In this document: piece by piece, positions 60,730 to 64,000 of the stretch | Layout of the letters: each line of letters starts with the position of its first letter | How positions within the stretch are numbered: position 1 is the first letter of the stretch | Assembly (NCBI GenBank): GCA_051942205.1 | Contig: JAVECO010000047.1 | Span: forward strand, 62,001 to 126,000 | DNA from: Coniocarpon cinnabarinum | Lineage: Eukaryota | DNA: 64,000 bases | Direction: 5' to 3' | Translations under genes and position numbers: made by a program | The notes under the pieces: model-generated | Seen by the model: the letters and a program-made list of their open reading frames with translations, nothing else | What the model was told of the DNA's origin: nothing | Databases searched by the model: none

Positions 60730-61366
60730 ATACTTTAGTAGGAAGCAGCTTACTTATATTATAATATAATTTTTTACTAACTATATAGTTACTACTATTA
60801 TTAATTTATATATAATTAGTAATATTAATAAAGCTAATAATTATATTTATATAAATAGTAAAAGTAGTAAAAATACTTAATATAGTAAGTATATACTTAA
60901 ATAAATAGTATTTTTTTATATTAAAAAAAGATAATATTACTATTAAAGCTCTAGTTATAATTACTATTATAAATTTAAGTATTTAGTTATATAAAATATA
61001 TTAAAATTATATTATAGTAAAGTAGTAAAAAAGTATTTTCTTAATTTTTTAATTTATAGCTTTTATATATAATTCTTACTATTATATAATACTTTAAAAA
61101 AAGCTTTTTTTATAAAATAAAATATTAAAGATTAATAATTATAATATTTTTTTACTATAAATAACTTTATAGATTAAAAAAAATATTATTATTATTATTA
61201 TTATTATTTTATAGCTTTTATTACTTTAGCTTTTACTTTTTATATTTTTTTTTATATTTTATTATTAAGGTATTAATACTTTACTAATAGTAAATTTATC
61301 TTAAGAAAATTAAAAGTATATTTTTTTTTTACTAAAAGTCTTTAGTAATATTTTATTCTTTATATA
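60730..61366. repeat. Extremely AT-rich RIP-degraded repeat relic of unknown origin
   Basis: Abrupt GC drop; CpA/TpG almost absent and TpA abundant; no readable motif. Confidence 0.7.
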
Positions 61367-61777
61367 TATTACGCGGGGTTAGGGTAATCCCTCTATAGCT
61401 TCCTATTACAATACGGTTAGAAAGAGAGCTAAAGGTTCTAAAGCTAGAGGACTTGCTACTAAGTCTTATTTAGATTAGAAATAAGAGGTTTTAGTAAAGT
61501 ATAAAGCTTATAACTTATTAATTATAAAGTAGATTATATTTAAACTATAAGTTAGTAGACTACTAGTCTAATTATATAGATAATTCTATCTTATATAAAT
61601 AAGTATAACTAATAGGGCCTTTTATTTAGATAGCCTTCTTACTAGCCTATTAAGGCCCTAGACCTTAGAAGCGTAGAGCCTATTCTTTACCTTATTCTAA
61701 TATTATAGTATATAGGCTCTTCTATAATAAAAACTTTATAAAGGCGTCCTAGCTATACTTATATTAGCGCTATAATA
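61367..61777 (-). mobile_element. 3' LTR (~411 bp) of the RIP-mutated Gypsy element
   Basis: Ends TATTACG (61367) and TATAATA (61777) read as RIP-converted TG..CA inverted termini. A polypurine tract AAAGAGAGAA on the minus strand lies just upstream at 61781-61790. Confidence 0.6.
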
Positions 61778-64000
61778 TAATTCTCTCTTTAAGGTCTAAT
61801 TATCTTAATAACCTTTAATTATTTAAAACCTTTATTATTATTATTATTTTTAACTTATTTTATTTTTTCTAGTAAGTATAGCTTCTTATTTATTATCTTA
61901 GTAGGTTACTAATAAGAAAGCTTATAGTTAACTTATTAAAGCTCTTAGGTTTTCTATAATACCTAGTTATACTAATTATTAAAAGAGTAGTAAGGTATAT
62001 ATTACTACCTTTAGCTATAATATATATAGTTAGTATATATATAATAGTTAGAAGTATTAATTATAGTTTAGCTCTAAAGATTGTATATTAATTTATTAGT
62101 AATATGCTTATTCTTCTATTAACTTTTATTAAGTAGATTAATCTATTAAATAAAGAATTTAACGTTATTATACTACTAAAGAGAAGGCTAAATAATAGTA
62201 GTCTAAAAAGTTAAAAAGTCTAGTTATATATATAGAAAAAGCTTATATTCTAAAGATAGAATAGTAAAAGAGATAGAATAATTATTAATTATTAAAGAGT
62301 AATATAGTAAATATATTAAAGTAGAATTATTTAAATAATAATATTAAAAAAGCTGCTTTAAATAGAATTATAGCTAGTAATAAGAGTTTATTAGTTATTC
62401 TATTAGGTAAAGATTTTCCTTCTTCTAGTCCTAATATAGAGTAGGATACCTTTTTTAATACATATTTAGTACGTTCTAGTAATTTATAAGGTTCCTAGTA
62501 GGTTCCTAGGTATTTTTATTATCTTTATATCTCTTCTATTTAACTAGATATTATGTTTGCTTTTATTATATTTAGCTAGATAGTATTACTTTAACCTTAT
62601 ATTCTAGTTTTTAGTTGTCTTTATTAATAACTAGGTTTAGTTATTTAGATTTGTTACTATAAGCTAGTTTAAGAAGTATAATATAGAATACTAGGTATAT
62701 TTTTATTTATAGTAGTAATTTAAGTTTAAAATTAACTGCTCTAATTTGTTTAAGAATCTTAAATAGTCTAGTTTTTGTATAGTCTAGTTTTTTACTTAGT
62801 CTCTAAGTCTTAATATTTTTTATAAGTAGGTATGCTCTACCCTCTTCTCTAAAATCTAATAGTATTAAAGTAAATTTTATAAATTTAAAAGTTTTAGATT
62901 ATAAAAATTAAATATTATCTTAAAGCTAGTATTAGATCTATTTTGTCTTATCTATAAATTATATTGCTTCTTAATTTTTTATTGTATATAGGATTATTCT
63001 TCTAAATAGTAGTTAGAATCTATATAGTAATTTAAATAGTAAGAACTAAGTTATTTTATTTCTTAATATATTGTATACTAACATTATAATAGGTAGAAGA
63101 TCTACTTAGTTGTTTTAATTATAATTTATAAATATTTATAAATATTATTCTAGTATTTAGTTAATTTATTTAGTCTATCTATCTATTTAAGAATAGTATA
63201 CTATTAATATCTAGTAAGTAATTCCTAGTAATCTTATAATACCTTACTAAAATTTAGAGATAAATTTCTAATCTCTATTAAAAATAATTTTTTCTAGTAT
63301 TTTATAGATAGTCTAAATATAAGCGATAATTCTTTTAACTATTTATTCTATAGTTAAACCTTTATATATAGGTAAAAAATATATAAATTTAGTAAGTTTG
63401 TCTATAGTAATATAGATAGTATTATATTTTCCTTAACCTATAAAATTTAATTTTAGTAATTTAGTAATAAAGTTTAGTATTACTATATACTAGGGTCTTA
63501 GTAGTATCTCTATATGCTATAGTTCTCTATATAGTAAATGTTATAAATATTTTATTCTTATATAGATATCGTATTTTTAAATATAGTTATTAATTTATTG
63601 TCTTATTCTTAGAAAGTAATATATTCTTATAATTTGTTTAAGTGTACGCTTAATACTAGGGTAGCCGTAGGTTAGTAAGTTATAGAAATTAGAGATAGCC
63701 TAGGTTGTTAGTTTTCTAGGAACATAGATTCTACCCTAAAACTTATAATATCTATAATCTATTTTAATTAATAATATATTCTAGTTTTTAACTATATTTT
63801 TAATTTAGTAAATTTCTAAATTATTTAGGATTTCCTACTTAATTACCTAAAGTATATAATCTAGTTTAATAGTACTTACTCTAAGCTGTATAAGTTTATA
63901 TTACCTATAATATATTATATTTCCTTATTTTTTAAATATAGCGTAATTTAGTTCTTAATTATCTTTTATATAGTCTAGTCTTTTACTAAGAGTATCTACT
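61367..64000 (-). mobile_element. RIP-inactivated Ty3/Gypsy chromovirus LTR retrotransposon (3' part; truncated by the window end)
   Basis: Minus-strand translation shows degraded integrase zinc-binding GYP.IKRTL..I.R.YYF (~63680-63600), a GPY/F region KNIKT*RLSKKLDYTKTRLFKI..IYLVFYI.LLKLA (~62820-62660) and chromodomain *YLVK*KRY.DN.NT*EP..NL (~62560-62480). The deviations fit C>T/G>A changes. Confidence 0.9.

Noticed and set aside
61375..61386. Telomere-like GGGGTTAGGG (also CCCTAACCCT at ~30792)
   Set aside because: Fewer than two full units; expected by chance.
1..64000. Numerous short antisense/overlapping ORFs; tRNA, rRNA or CRISPR arrays
   Set aside because: The short ORFs are shadows of real CDSs. 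No tRNA/rRNA structure or spaced direct repeats were recognised, and the DNA is eukaryotic.

Overview
Gene-dense genomic DNA from a filamentous ascomycete (Pezizomycotina-type: short GT-AG introns with CTRAC/CTAAY branch sites, and RIP-mutated repeats). About 27 protein-coding genes can be modelled by eye once introns are spliced. Conserved genes: RNR2, OHCU decarboxylase, Ybp1/DUF1760, cyanase, DUG3, a USP deubiquitinase, Alb1, an Aro80-type Zn2Cys6 factor, DUF1308, SRP21, DUF4211, a HAM1/DUF4449 protein, IBA57 and CWC23. There are two accessory-looking blocks. (i) 14-28 kb holds an intact HeLo-like/SesA-like NB-ARC-TPR NLR, a QQGYPP/glycine-zipper protein, and a chimeric C2H2/bZIP-like protein that starts with a HET-s-like amyloid motif. 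(ii) 49-58 kb holds a tandem cluster of three related orphan genes, one built from four copies of an unrecognised ~48-aa Trp/His-rich module with an intron at the same position in two copies. The last ~3.3 kb is AT-rich RIP-degraded DNA containing the 3' part of a minus-strand Ty3/Gypsy chromovirus (integrase, chromodomain, PPT, LTR). Other notable signals are MCB-box clusters in both the promoter and intron 2 of RNR2, and an in-frame mitochondrial-presequence-like extension on cyanase. All family assignments come from motif recognition by eye, not from database searches.
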